From contig CM119265.1 in NCBI GenBank assembly GCA_051294375.1, forward strand, positions 7,822,629 through 7,886,489: a stretch of 63,861 nucleotides of DNA, given 5' to 3'. This DNA is from Paraspadella gotoi. Taxonomy: Eukaryota; Animalia; Chaetognatha. Shown one piece after another: positions 1 through 13,384 of the stretch; positions within the stretch are counted from its first letter, which is position 1, and every line of letters starts with the position of its first letter. The position numbers and the translations under genes are program-made. The notes beneath the pieces are model-generated. The model ran no database searches and was not told the origin of the DNA. It was given only the letters and a program-made list of their open reading frames with translations.

Positions 1-2158
1 AGCTGACATAACTTTTTGGTCTCAGCCAAATCGAGGTTTGATATCGATTTAATAATTTTTTTTCATATTCTTCATTACGGATTAACAATATTTTTAGTAT
101 ATCCCTTTTGCCATAGTAATTTCCGCAATCGTCCTTATTTTTTGCTTCTTTATTTTTTCTTACGGTAATCATATTAATTTTATTAAGTTTTATGAGTGGT
201 TTATTTAATAAAAAAAATTATGAGAGAGAAAAAAATAAGAAATTCTTCTCGTAAGAATCCGAGTTTATTTTTTTTGAATTTCAAACAAATGAAGAGCGAA
301 AGTTTGATTCGTTAAATTCAGTTATTGATTTTTTCGAGTCACAAATTTTCAATTCTTGGTTGGATTTCTCCCTCGTCGTTCGAACTTCGAAGCCTTCACA
401 GATTTTACGCTTTCCCATTCACGGGATACATTTTCTCTAACTTTTTTTAGTCATGCTTTTTTATGCTTTTTTATGCTTTTACTACCTTCCATTCTTCTTT
501 TACCCCAACTTTTCTGTCGGTCGGTCGGTCAGTCCTGTCCATCGGTCTGTCCAACTTAAGTTTAAAATGCTCATAACTCAGGGAATACTGATTATTACTT
601 AATAGTAAAAAAATGTACCATAAGATGCAAAATATGCATAAGTTTTATACTTGTGCAGTAACTAAATCGTTTGGAAATGCGTGTAGGAAAGTTACCGGTA
701 CTGGTCATCTTTACCGCCTTGCTCACCCTGTCTTATGAATTTTCCCCCTGTTCCCTCTCTCACCGCTGGCATTCTTCCCCCTCGGCGCAGGCGGCCGTGG
801 CGCGCGGCCTGGTCTTCTTATTACCCCGCCAACGCTCCCATCTTTTCCCTCCCAACCCCCTTCTCGCCCCTTTCGTTAGTCCCGAGGTGCGAGTGGGAAG
901 AAGATTCGAGTCTCCGTCGGGACTTAAGTACTTCGCCCGCGAACAAATTTATGTCTTGAAGCGATTTCGTTAACATTAATTTTTTTCGCGCGACGCGCTG
1001 TTTCCCGTCAAGCCCCTTTGTGCATCCCACTCTGTTTCTGTCTCTGTCGTTCATCGCTTTTCTGGAGTGTCGCTTTCAACTATCATTTTTTTGTTTTTGG
1101 AGCTGGAGAGAGAGTAGATGAAGGAGAGAGAGAGAGAGAGAGAGCAGAGAGTAGAGAGGAGAGAGGAGTAGAGAGAGAGTGTAGAGAGAGTTAGAAAACG
1201 AATATCATTATCTAACAATAGAATCGAAAAAATTGAATAAAAAATGTAACGTTCGGAATTTTCCGACTTTCCAAACAATGATGAAAGTTTTAATCAACTG
1301 GAAAAAAAGGAAAAAAAAGTAAAATCATTTCAACGAAAAAAAACCCGAAACCAAGACTTGTTTTTGTGGGGGGTTCCGCGATAGTTAAGGCGAACAGCGC
1401 CCGATAGACGGGACCATCGATCCTTGATAAGGGAACGTCCATTTCCTGACGCGGCGGCGACGACGGACGAGCGACTTGCCCTACAAAGACTAAGACGCTT
1501 CTGCGGATAGAGGCGTGTCGCCGGCGAGAGTTCTTCCTTAGCGCCAACCGTCCTCTTCTTTTCTTGAGTGGCAAAACTGCGCTAGGTCCGGTTGTGCAAC
1601 TACCGAGTGCGGCGCAATCCTGGGGAAATTGTGAATTGATTTTATGTCCTATGTTATAGGTTCAATTTAGAGGTAACGGTCTATTATGTGATGATGGACT
1701 TTTCAATTTCGTATGTTTAGGATTTAGTAAAACAGTTTATTTGGTATTGTGAAGCAAACGATTTTTTGATATGATAAGTTCGGTATCTATTGTTGCTTTC
1801 GACGTCTTACAGTTTTAAGAGTCGTCCATCAAAGCAACTTGCTGATGAGAAAACCTTGTTTGACTATCTGCTCAACAAATTCGTTGCTAACCCATATCCA
1901 ACCTAAACTGGTTTTACTAGAGGGTAAGTTCTTAAAAATTTGGATACTGAGATGGACAATAATTTTTTTTTCTCAGTAAAAATGCGAATACAGGAAACTC
2001 TGCAAGAATCAGACAACATTTTTTAAATGTGTAAGATAATGTTCTTGTGGGGAGGCTGCCTAATAATGATTTAATATCGTAATTCCATCGTTGTATGTTA
2101 GGTCGAACACGTCTCGCCCTCTCTCCCCCCCCTCGACAACACTCCCCACCCTTCTCAC

Positions 2159-2315
2159 CCTCTGGCGGGCCCACACAACATCCCACGAAGTTAGCTCCGT
2201 CGTCAGCCTTTTGACCAGAACAATAACTGTTCGTCTTGCAGTTGTTGGGATCTTCCTTGGCGCCGTTACAGATGGCGCACCATGCGAGGACCAAGAGAAC
2301 GCGGGACGTAGTCAT
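2159..2315 (-). CDS. Candidate first coding exon of a small secreted cysteine-rich protein
   Basis: MTTSRVLLVLAWCAICNGA-KEDPNNCKTNSYCSGQKADDGANFVGCCVGPPE: hydrophobic signal-like N-terminus followed by C-x5-C-x13-CC. GC-rich island in AT-rich DNA, phase-1 donor G|GTGAGA at 2158, and a YY1-type AAGATGGCG at 2375-2383. Downstream exons are uncertain. Confidence 0.45.
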
Positions 2316-3565
2316 GGCGACGCTGGAGCGCGCCCCCCAATCCCGGCGTGGCGTCTTCGTGGTTGTTGATCGCGAAGATGGCGCGCTGAATTATGTAAAG
2401 GCGAATTGTAAAAAGTCGAGATATAAGTGGAATGTTTAAAAAAGGGAATAGGAATCGTGGCGCTTTATTTCGTCCAGAGATTATATAGACGAACAATTTT
2501 CTCTTAACATATTCTTTTCTTTTTCATTTCTTACTTTGTTCAATTTTTTGCTTACGATTTTTACCCTTTTTCTTTACATTCTACATTCATTTTTTTTTTG
2601 TCCTTTACATACTGCAATTTCTTTTTTAATTCATTTTTCATTTTTTCATTTTTCATGCTTTTGTTTTTCATCTTTTTATTTTATCCTTACATCCTTTCCG
2701 ACTCGTCCCTTTTTAACTCAACTTGATCAAATCTGTATCCGCGAAACGCTCACGTGTGAAGGGGCCAAAAGAGGGCGAGAGATGGGAGAGAGTAAATAAG
2801 AAGAAGAGAGAATGTAATTGTAAAGGATGAGAGAGAGTGATTAAGTCGTGAGAAGGATGTAGATAAAATCAAAGAATCACCAATGAATTTAAAGGTCGAA
2901 ACGAGACGGTTTAAGTGTTTATGCAAAGGGTCAAAAAAAAGAAGAAGAGGGTGTCACACAGTCACAGTTTATCTTTTCTTAATTTTTNNNNNNNNNNNNN
3001 NNNNNNNNNNNNNNNNNNNNNNNNNNNNNNNNNNNNNNNNNNNNNNNNNNNNNNNNNNNNNNNNNNNNNNNNNNNNNNNNNNNNNNNNNNNNNNNNNNNN
3101 NNNNNNNNNNNNNNNNNNNNNNNNNNNNNNNNNNNNNNNNNNNNNNNNNNNNNNNNNNNNNNNNNNNNNNNNNNNNNNNNNNNNNNNNNNNNNNNNNNNN
3201 NNNNNNNNNNNNNNNNNNNNNNNNNNNNNNNNNNNNNNNNNNNNNNNNNNNNNNNNNNNNNNNNNNNNNNCCGCAACCGCTTACCGCGCCATTGCACCTG
3301 CCAGCGGCGCCTTGTCGTCGAACCTCTGCACCTGTCGATCGATCGTCTACGAAGCGTCATTGTCGTCCGCGACGTCGTCGTCATCGTCGGCAATTATTGG
3401 GGGGAAAAAAGTGGAATCAGTGATTGGATGTTGGCGACGACGACGACGACGACGACGACGGAAATTGATGAAGAGAACGACAAGGTTTATGACTGCGATG
3501 ATAAAGGGGAGTTGCAGGAAAATGAGGTTGACGAAAGGAAGATGGAAAAGGAGGAGGAGGAGGAG

Positions 3566-3602
<37 letters not shown>

Positions 3603-5683
3603 CAGGTGGAAGTTAGAAGAATAAACCATAGTGTAAGGGAGGGAGGTAGAAAAAAGAGGCGAAGTTTAAGAAAAGCGAAAAGAGCAAGAATAACAACTTA
3701 AATAAGAGTTAAAGAAATGGAGAGAGAAGAAGCATAATTGATTAATAAAGAGAAAGAAGTAATATAATTTCTAGTATAGTCTCTTGACAAAAGGCTTTTC
3801 GTAGACACTGCCCTCGTTAGTAGTTATAATCTTGTCTATTTTAATTCAGAAGGAAGTGGACGAGAATAAGTTGAAGGAATATAATTACAAGTATAAGGAA
3901 AAAGTAAACTGGAAAGGTTGATCAATTATAAAAGCGGAAAAAGACTTATCTTGTGTGACGGGAGTTTAGAATTGAGAAAATTACAGTAGTTAATTAAATT
4001 AATTCATAGAAGCGGAAGTGGTGAATAAAATGGGGAGGGTGGAAAAGAGAAAACAGTGAAAAAAAAATCCTGAGGCAGATTGGAAGGAATGGATGGAGGA
4101 AGAGGAAGAAGAAAAGAAGGAAGCTACCGTCGTCATGACAACGCGAGGAAATCAAGATCGAGATGAAAAAAAAAGAGGCGATCCTTGTGCCGCCGTGACA
4201 CGAAACTTGTGAACGTCGTTGCCTACGTAAAGGTCACAATAATGATTCAAAGATTAATCAGGTTGTCATTTGTTTCAAGTACAATTGGCAAAACACCTTT
4301 TTTTCTTGGCGATATGGCTGAGGGCTACAAATGAGACTCGCATCAACCGATCTTGCTGTAATGAATCCTATTTAAACGAGTTGGATTCTTTTGATAACTT
4401 CATTCGCTTGTTTTAAAATTCTCTTTTTTTTACAAATTTGAATATATTTCTTTGATTTATCTCTTTCATTTCCTTTTCTTTCTACTTCTTATTTCATTTT
4501 TTCACCCTTCCTTCCTCTTTCAACATTTTTTTTTTAATTCGTCCCTTCTCTTTCTTTTTCTTTTTTCTTTTCTCCTTCCTCTTTTTTTTTCTTTTCTCTT
4601 TCCTTTTCTTTTTCCTCCCCATTTCTGTTCTCCATTCGGATCACGTCATTTATCTCATCTCAGTAAATGACTTAATGATCACCTCTGTAAAACGCATGCT
4701 CTTCGAATCCCTCCCCTTCGGTCTTTACTTCTCTACTTTCTTTCTTTTTCTTTCTTTCTTTCTTTCACTCTTTCTTTATTTCTTTATCGCTTTCTTTTTT
4801 TCTTTCTTTTCTTTTTCTCTCTTTCGTTTTTTCTTTCTTTTTTCTCTCCTTTTTTTTATTTCTTTTTTCATTTTTTTTTCTTTCTTTCTTCTTCATTTTT
4901 AAAATGTCTCTTCAGCCAACGAAGAGGCGCGATCGCCAAGACACTCTACAACTCAGTTATAATAAATATAGTTCTATTTTAGAGAATTGACAAAGTTTTT
5001 GTTTGCAACGAATTTTACGGTTGTTGGAAGTTAGTTTATAGTGTGATACACATGTTTCGAACATGATTGNNNNNNNNNNNNNNNNNNNNNNNNNNNNNNN
5101 NNNNNNNNNNNNNNNNNNNNNNNNNNNNNNNNNNNNNNNNNNNNNNNNNNNNNNNNNNNNNNNNNNNNNNNNNNNNNNNNNNNNNNNNNNNNNNNNNNNN
5201 NNNNNNNNNNNNNNNNNNNNNNNNNNNNNNNNNNNNNNNNNNNNNNNNNNNNNNNNNNNNNNNNNNNNNNNNNNNNNNNNNNNNNNNNNNNNNNNNNNNN
5301 NNNNNNNNNNNNNNNNNNNNNNNNNNNNNNNNNNNNNNNNNNNNNNNNNNNNNNNNNNNNNNNNNNNNNNNNNNNNNNNNNNNNNNNNNNNNNNNNNNNN
5401 NNNNNNNNNNNNNNNNTCAGTTGTGTCGATAAGTTAAACTTTTGTGACCATAGGATAGTCTCCGTTATCGTCGTCTTCTCCGTCGTTGCTCATCCCAAAA
5501 CAGATTGAAAAGAGATTTAAAAAATGCTAATGCTGCATCATAAAGATTCGCTGCAACAGTAGAAGCCGTTGTTGGCCATCGAGTGCAGCAACTGCGAGTT
5601 GGCTCGATGTCAAATCAGGTTCACAGCCTGCATAATCAGACGCCGAGGTGAAGCGAAATGCGATCAAAATAGCCTCTCGGCGT

Positions 5684-5687
<4 letters not shown>

Positions 5688-5771
<84 letters not shown>
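5688..5771. repeat. (GA)n microsatellite, representative of dozens of GA/TC tracts in the window
   Basis: Pure AG run. Others include 13081-13180, 22702-22770 and 62895-62990. Many N gaps abut such tracts. Confidence 0.95.
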
Positions 5772-5775
<4 letters not shown>

Positions 5776-6254
5776 ATTAATTAATTTACTTTCTTTTTAC
5801 TTTTTATTCTTCTTTTTCTACTGCCGAAAAAAACGAAAACAGGTGAGTACGAAAAATGAATTTACGTTGTCACGGATTTTTAAGCAATGGTGACACCGTT
5901 AGAAAAAATTACAGAAAGTAAGTTAAAGTATATACTTAAAAAAAGTTTTTGCTACGATTGATGCCTTCTTTTTTAGATATTGATTCTAATAAATAAAAAT
6001 AAATTTAAATGAAAAAAACAAACGGTTAAGAAAAAATTACAAAGCACGTTTTACATTTGATAAATCATCCAACTTTCTAAAATTCGTGCTCTCTCTCTCT
6101 CTCTCTATCTTCTTCACTCTCTCTCTCTCTCTCTCCTTCCTCAATGCTGTCCCCTCTATTCACTTTCTATTTTCTGAGTCTTTCCCCTATTCATCGTTGA
6201 AATTTGGATAGGCAGGAAAAGGAAAGGGGCTTTTCAAGAAATGCAAAAGGAGGA

Positions 6255-6285
<31 letters not shown>

Positions 6286-7954
6286 ATCTCGTCACCATCC
6301 CTCTTCTCTCTTTCTCTTTCCCCTTTCACACACACAAACAATTTTCACTTTCTTTCTCCTCTTCTCTCCCTCTCTGACTTCCTCTCACCGCATGTCTCTC
6401 TCTCCTCCCTCTCTCAAATTCTCTTTCTCCGCATCTCTCATCTCTCTCTCGCTCACCCCATTAAAAAAAAAAACTCCCATGATAAATTATCAATTGATAG
6501 ATAGTTTTCTACTACAATAAGAGGCGTTTTTCGCTCCCGCGTAGGAAAACAAAGGAAGTCGCATGATTAACGAGGCTTTCATTACGTAAATCTGGAAAAA
6601 AAAGAAGAAAAAAATTGGAGGGAAAATGAGATAGGATGACGGCCGGGGTTTGTGGTTTGAACCGACCTACGTCCCTTTGTTTTGTTTACATTATATACAA
6701 AAATGTGTGTTAAAAATTAAAAGAATTTGTCAGATTTAATTTTTCGTTTGCTTTTTTGTGTAGTAAGCAGGATTAAAAATATAGTTTTTGAAAAACCAAA
6801 AATATTTTTTAAATAAATTAAATCACGGGATAAAACTTGTGAGGGTAAACTTGGTAAGTACTGAAATAATTGAAATAATTTTTATAAAAAAGGAACAACA
6901 GTCGTTGTCTCTCGTCGTCGTCGTCGTTCTCTCTCCTAATGGTCGTTGTCGCCGTCGTCGTCGTCGCGGTCGTCATCTTCGTCGTCCATAACGACCCGAA
7001 GTCAAAGGTTTCGACTGGAGGAAGGATTTCGATAAATAAACTCGCACGACGTTTCGATTCATAATCTCTCCCCTCGGCAATAACCTTGGACAACAACGAC
7101 AACAACGACGGGCAACTTCCCTCGCGACCAAGCAACCTTCACATTTCGACTTGGGGGAGGAGGAGGCCGGGCATTTTTTTTCCATCTCCTCCTTTCCTTC
7201 TTATCTCTCCACCTTCTCTCCCTTTCTCCCATCTCGCCATCTCTCCGTATCTCCCCATCCATTCGATTAACGCCCCCAGGGGTTGAAGTTCTCGGCTCGA
7301 CGGGCGCCCGCCTCGCGTCCTTCTCTTTATCGGTCGCGCCCGACGAGAAAGAAAAAAAAAGGGGGGGGGGAGACGTCCGTGTCCTTTTCTCGCCTTACGA
7401 GTCATCTTTGGCCCCAGCGGGCTCGTGGTTGTAACCTCCCCCCCGACTCCGGCCTTCATTTTTGCCCTTTTTGACTCGTAATTTTAAAAAAAGATATTCT
7501 AAATTGAATTTCATTATTTCCTACTTATTTCCTATTTATTTTATATGTATAGACCAAGTTTGCGATAGAAAGAATATTATATTGGGGAAAAATGTACGTA
7601 CAAAAAAATTACTAACAATAATGTATATTATATGAAATTGGTACAACCAATATATATATTACACTACAAGGGTAAAACGAACAGAAAACTATACTTAGTA
7701 AAACCCGAAAGAGGAAATCAGTCGGAAGTGAAAACTGTTTCACAAAAAAAAGAAGGAAAGGGGTTGAAAAAGTCACATTCACGAGGAAGAAAAGTCACGG
7801 GCCTCAAGGAAAAATCAGTAAAGTTTGGCCAGAGTCGACAAGCGGCTAGAATCGGCAGGAGTCGGCAGGCGTCGACGACTAGAGTCGGCATAGCCGGCCG
7901 AAAGCCAAAGAAGCATAAACAAATTTTTTCATCGAAAGAAATAAGGAAAAATAG

Positions 7955-7996
<42 letters not shown>

Positions 7997-8512
7997 CGAG
8001 AGAGAGAGAGAGATGGGGGTGAGGCGTAAAGGTAAAAATGCGGCTTAAACAATTGAGTAAGAGAATAGTGTTAATCGGATAGGAAGGGCTCATGAAGTAC
8101 TTGAAAAAAAAAAGGAATAATCGATATGAATAATAAATATTCATAAATTTAACTAACATTTATACCACGCTTAATAAGAAAATTCCGATTTAAAAACGTC
8201 AGTATGACTAGTGAGGAAAGGGTGACTGAAATGGGTGAGGCAGCGGGTAAGGCACGGATCGAAACGTGGCGAGACGAGACCTTAAGAACTTTGACCCTGA
8301 GGATTTGACGAAAAGAAAGAGGGGGGGTCGGAGGAGGAGGGGGTTGAGAGGGGCGTCGGGNNNNNNNNNNNNNNNNNNNNNNNNNNNNNNNNNNNNNNNN
8401 NNNNNNNNNNNNNNNNNNNNNNNNNNNNNNNNNNNNNNNNNNNNNNNNNNNNNNNNNNNAGGGAGACAGAGGCGAAAGAAGACGGAAGGATTTTCTTGGA
8501 GGCGGAGGACTG

Positions 8513-8567
8513 GTTTAAGAGGTCCTCAGTTTAAGAGGTCCTCAGTTTAAGAGGTCCTCAGTTTAAG
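8513..8567. repeat. Perfect 16-bp tandem repeat, 3.4 copies
   Basis: GTTTAAGAGGTCCTCA at 8513, 8529 and 8545, then GTTTAAG. Confidence 0.9.
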
Positions 8568-11500
8568 TCCTTCGTCGACGCTCACGAAAAAATAGACGAT
8601 GACGACGACGACGANNNNNNNNNNGACGACGACGACGAAGACGGCGTAGAGAACGTTCACCATCTCCATGATGTAGATACTGAGGATAATATGAACTTGA
8701 CATAATCACAGACATAATAGTGACATTGACGCCGATGATGTCGGTCAAAGAGACGCCAACGACGGCGGCGACAACGACAGCGTCGGTTTTTTTGACAATG
8801 ATGACAGCGATTTTGGTATTGACGTCGTCAAAGATTGCAATGTCGAATGGATGTGATGATGATATAAAGTTGGCGAAAATAACTGTCGAAATGGTCATAT
8901 TGACGACAAAGATGACGATAACGACGGCGGCAACGACGATGACGACAGTGACGACGACGACGACGACGACCGCATGACGAGGACTATTCCATAAAATCCG
9001 TCTCGGCGATGGATTATATTGACAGTCACGGCTAATAATCTGCATAACGCGTAAAAAAAGTAGGAAAAGGCGAGAATAACATTTTTTTCCCCTTTTTTTC
9101 ACATTTTTATAAAGCCCGGGTTTATATAAATGCAAAGGGGGAATTAATAATTAATTTATGAAAAATAAGTTTTCATTCGTATACTTTTTTATAAGTATTT
9201 TTATTCCATTTTTGTTCTACGTTTGCCTCGGAACCTTTGTTTACCAATCTGCTTTAATGTTAATCCTTAGTTCTCTGATTTTTTTTGTTTGTTTTTTTGT
9301 TTGTTTGTTTGTTTTGTTTTTTTTGTGAGGGCGAGGGAGTTCATTAAATTGTTTTTCTTGTTTTATTTTTCTGTTCCTTCCACTCCTTTTTCTTTCTTTC
9401 TTTCACTATTTTACTACTTCACTGATTAAAACATTCCATTTTCTTCGCTTCGCCCTTTATCCATAAGTCGGACAACGGTGTCTCGAACGAGTCCGAGGCT
9501 TCGTCCTTCTCATTTGCATATTCGAATCTCTTTTCCGAACGATCGACGAAGACCGCTATCTAATTCGGGATTATTAACAAGTAAATTAAGGAGTAGCCAA
9601 AATTTAACCGAAAAATACTAACCTTATCTTAATTATTTAAGAACAAATGTATTCGGTTTAAGTTTAATTTGAGCCAATTTCCGTCGATCCGATTAGAATA
9701 GACAGTTTTCTGCTTTCCCATCGTTATTGTATTCGTCCCCGCTATGACTATAGCCTATGTTTCCGGTTTGAAAATTCACCTCAAGTCCACATTGTTATTA
9801 TTTTTCAACGCGTTTTAAGTTACAGCTGTTTTCAAATCTTCCACGGGTCCACACCTACTTTACCTCCATTCCTCTTGTAGCCAATAAAAATCCTAAGGGC
9901 GTGTCGGCGAGATGTACTTCGGAGTAACCCCCCCCCAAAAAAAAATCAAATGTTTAGCGCGAAAATAACTCGATAAGTTTTTTGGAGCCAGAGTATATAA
10001 AAAGAATATGGGGGTCGGCGTGACTGTGATGTAGTACTTCCTTTCAATCTCAGTTTTGGCGTCCGAGTCTACGTGACGCGACTCCTAAGCGGAAGTTGTT
10101 TTTTTTTTCTTCTGTAGGATCGATGCTCCAGTCGTGGCCATTCAGTTGCTCACAATTCCTTTTATTTTTCTCCTCTGCCTTTTTTTTGGATGATCTTTCA
10201 AACTTTTCCTTTATTCTTTTTTTATTATTCATCTATTTCTTTTAACTTTCCATCTCCTCCCTATTCACTGCATATTATTTCCTCTTTGTTAATTATGTCT
10301 ATAACATTCCTATTTTTTTTCTTTTCCTTTCCTTATTTATTTCACCATTCTTGTTTCCTCTTTCTTCCCATTTCCCTCAAATTACTTTCCAAACTTCCTC
10401 ACCAAAAACCCGCGTTTTTTTCAAGCCTGACTCACTTTTACTTATTCTGCCCCTCCCACCTTCGCAAAACAGAGCTTAACGCTGTATGCTTCCCTTTCCT
10501 CCATCTTTTCTCCTCCTCCTCCGCTTCCGCTTCCTCTTCCTCCTCCTTTTCCTCCTCCTCCTCCTCCTCCTNNNNNNNNNNNNNNNNNNNNNNNNNNNNN
10601 NNNNNNNNNNNNNNNNNNNNNNNNNNNNNNNNNNNNNNNNNNNNNNNNNNNNNNNNNNNNNNNNNNNNNNNNNNNNNNNNNNNNNNNNNNNNNNNNNNNN
10701 NNNNNNNNNNNNNNNNNNNNNNNNNNNNNNNNNNNNNNNNNNNNNNNNNNNNNNNNNNNNNNNNNNNNNNNNNNNNNNAAACGGCGCAATATTGAGGGTA
10801 AGACGAGAAAATGGGCCTCCCCTTCTCTCTCTCTTTCTCTTTCTGTTTCTCTATCTCTCCATCTCTGTTTTTTTTGTTTTTTTTTACCGCCCTTGCTCTG
10901 TACTTTTCTATTTTCTTTCTTTCTTGGCTTTCTTTCTATAGCTCCCTTTCCATTCCAGACTTCCTCTGCTTCTCTCCCCCCTCTCCCATTCTCCCTCTAC
11001 CCTCCCTCCCACTACAACCCCCGCTCACGCCGCGCCAGCGCCCTCGAGCGGAAAAGCGGCAAAACACGTGGCGATCGAAAGTCGGCGTCCGGATTATTTC
11101 GTCACGTTTTTTTTTGGTTAGGATTCAATAATCCCGTACCTCACTCCCCAGTCCCCACCTTTACCTTTCCTTCGACTTCCTTTTTTTTCCTACTTACAGT
11201 TTCTTGTTTCAATTTATAAATAGATTGTATTAAAGTTTTTTTTTTGACTTTGTTTTCTTTTTGTAAATCGCTCCTCGAAAATTGTACAATTTTTTTTTCT
11301 TTCCGTTGAATTCAGCAATTAATTTTCTCTCTTCAAAAGCGGAAATTGGTCAATTTCGACACTTTATTTGACAAATTAAAATCTATTTCTTCATCAAACC
11401 TCTCCCTGGCTTATGAGCAAATTAGTAAATTAGTTTATCCAAGACGTTGTCAACTCCAGTTATTGGGAAGTTAGGGACAACGACGACGACGACGACTTAG

Positions 11501-11653
11501 GACTTAGGCTTAGACCTTACGAAGAGGACGAGGCCGTGATTATTTCTCCGTAGAATAGAAAAAAAAATAAGGATTTCCGTTTATGACGAATCAACTCGCA
11601 TTAATTGCGATGATGAGTTTTGAAAACAATCAGGGCGAAAACTTATACCGACT

Positions 11654-11770
11654 GACGACGACGACGACGAGGAATCCAGCGTCGACGACGATGACGACGA
11701 CGACGAAAACGACGATGACGACGACGACGAAAACGACGACGACGAAAACCTTGGCGAAGACGACGAAGAT
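11654..11770. repeat. Degenerate (GAC)n trinucleotide tract
   Basis: gacgacgac arrays, also at 3435-3460, 8600-8980 and 18310-18375. They generate spurious Thr/Arg/Val/Ser-rich ORFs. Confidence 0.85.
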
Positions 11771-12227
11771 TTATTCAAGATCGCGATAATAAATCTTGTT
11801 CTCTCATTTTTTTCATCTTTTAAGTACGAGGCAGACGATGAAAATTCTCTCNNNNNNNNNNNNNNNNNNNNNNNNNNNNNNNNNNNNNNNNNNNNNNNNN
11901 NNNNNNNNNNNNNNNNNNNNNNNNNNNNNNNNNNNNNNNNNNNNNNNNNNNNNNNNNNNNNNNNNNNNNNNNNNNNNNNNNNNNNNNNNNNNNNNNNNNN
12001 NNNNNNNNNNNNNNNNNNNNNNNNNNNNNNNNNNNNNNNNNNNNNNNNNNNNNNNNNNNNNNNNNNNNNNNNNNNNNNNNNNNNNNNNNNNNNNNNNNNN
12101 NNNNNNNNNNNNNNNNNNNNNNNNNNNNNNNNNNNNNNNNNNNNNNNNNNNNNNNNNNNNNNNNNNNNNNNNNNNNNNNNNNNTCATTTTTCGTCGCCGC
12201 ATAGAAAATTTCCTTCATTTATTCGTT

Positions 12228-12475
12228 TCCGCCATTTTGTGATTTACGTCGGCAATTTCGTGACGTCATTTTTCGATTCGCGATTCGTTCACCCATTTTA
12301 TTTTTTTTGGGGGGGGGGGCGGGGCAAAGGTTTTCACCCCTTTCGCTGTACCCTCCCCCCCCATTCTCTGCCATCGTGACCTTTCACCCCGGCGGTCTTC
12401 GCCGATACATTTCACCCCCAGGAGTCACAGCCTCGCTTCCGGAACCTTTTTCACCGGCGCGGCCATTTTGAACTT
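12228..12475. promoter_or_regulatory. Promoter-like motif cluster
   Basis: Two GCCATTTTG (YY1-type) at about 12231 and 12462, TGACGTCA at 12261, CTTCCGGAA at about 12436, and repeated TTTCACCCC. Motif match only. Confidence 0.25.
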
Positions 12476-13075
12476 CGACTATCGACCGTCAAGGCGTCTT
12501 TAAGTTTTGTCGTTTTTGTTATTTTCGGTTTTTCTTCGTTTTTCTCCGTTCGTGTTTCACTTCAAAAGGAAAACCTTTTCCAATTTTAATCTTCTATCAT
12601 AAGTCTCTCCTATTTCCTGTTTCATGTTCCCTATTTTCTATTTATTTTCTTTTTGTTATTTTGTCTTCCTTAAATCTTTAATTTCTCTTTTCATATTTCT
12701 TAATACAGCTTTACCTTCTAATCTTTCTCCTTCCCCTTCGTTATTTCCTTCACTTCACAGTGGGCTTGTCTCAATGTCTCAGCTGCGTCACCAGACTCCA
12801 AATCGTCCACCTTCGACCCTTCCAACCTTTCGTCGAATCCCATCTCGACCTTAGCCTCCGGCCTCCACCATTTTCCCCTCTGTCGCGTCCTGGGTCCACC
12901 AATTAACTTATTTCACTCCGTCCTCACCTCTTCCCCTCCTCAACCTCAGGTGAAATCTCACACTTTCTTTTCACCACAACCACTTGCCCACTCGCCCACC
13001 CGCAACTACCAGCGCATCCACTCCTCAGTAGTAATTTTCTTTTCTCTCGTCGATTTTTTCCCTTCTACTTTTCCG

Positions 13076-13190
<115 letters not shown>

Positions 13191-13311
13191 AAAAATCTCG
13201 ACGACCAAAACATTGACGACGACGAAAACGACGACTAAAAAACGTCTTTATCGTCGTCGTCCTCGTCGTTCTTTATCCTCGAGGATCTCGAGGGGTCGTG
13301 AGTCTCGCGTT

Positions 13312-13384
13312 TGACCCTCTGAGTTCGACCCCGGGGTCATCGACCTCCAGGGTCGAGTTGATCTGGGGGTCGAACTCGGGGTCA
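13312..13384. other. GC-rich imperfect hairpin of about 73 nt
   Basis: GAGTTCGACCCC (13321-13332) and GGGGTCGAACTC (13366-13377) form a perfect 12-bp inverted repeat, extended inward by TCGACC/GGTCGA and outward by TGACCC/GGGTCA. Redundant copy near 47388-47456. Confidence 0.6.

Noticed and set aside
878-924. tRNA or tRNA-derived SINE (AGTCCCGA..TTCGAGTC..TCGGGACT)
   Set aside because: Only about 47 nt between the stem ends, with no D or anticodon arms.
8563-9135. Long ORFs rich in Val/Thr/Arg/Glu/Ser/Leu/Phe here and throughout the ORF track
   Set aside because: They are translations of (GA)n, (GAC)n, (AAAAG)n tracts or N runs, with no domain signal.
11494-11520. Telomeric TTAGG repeats
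   Set aside because: Only three irregular 6-7 bp units, in an interstitial position.
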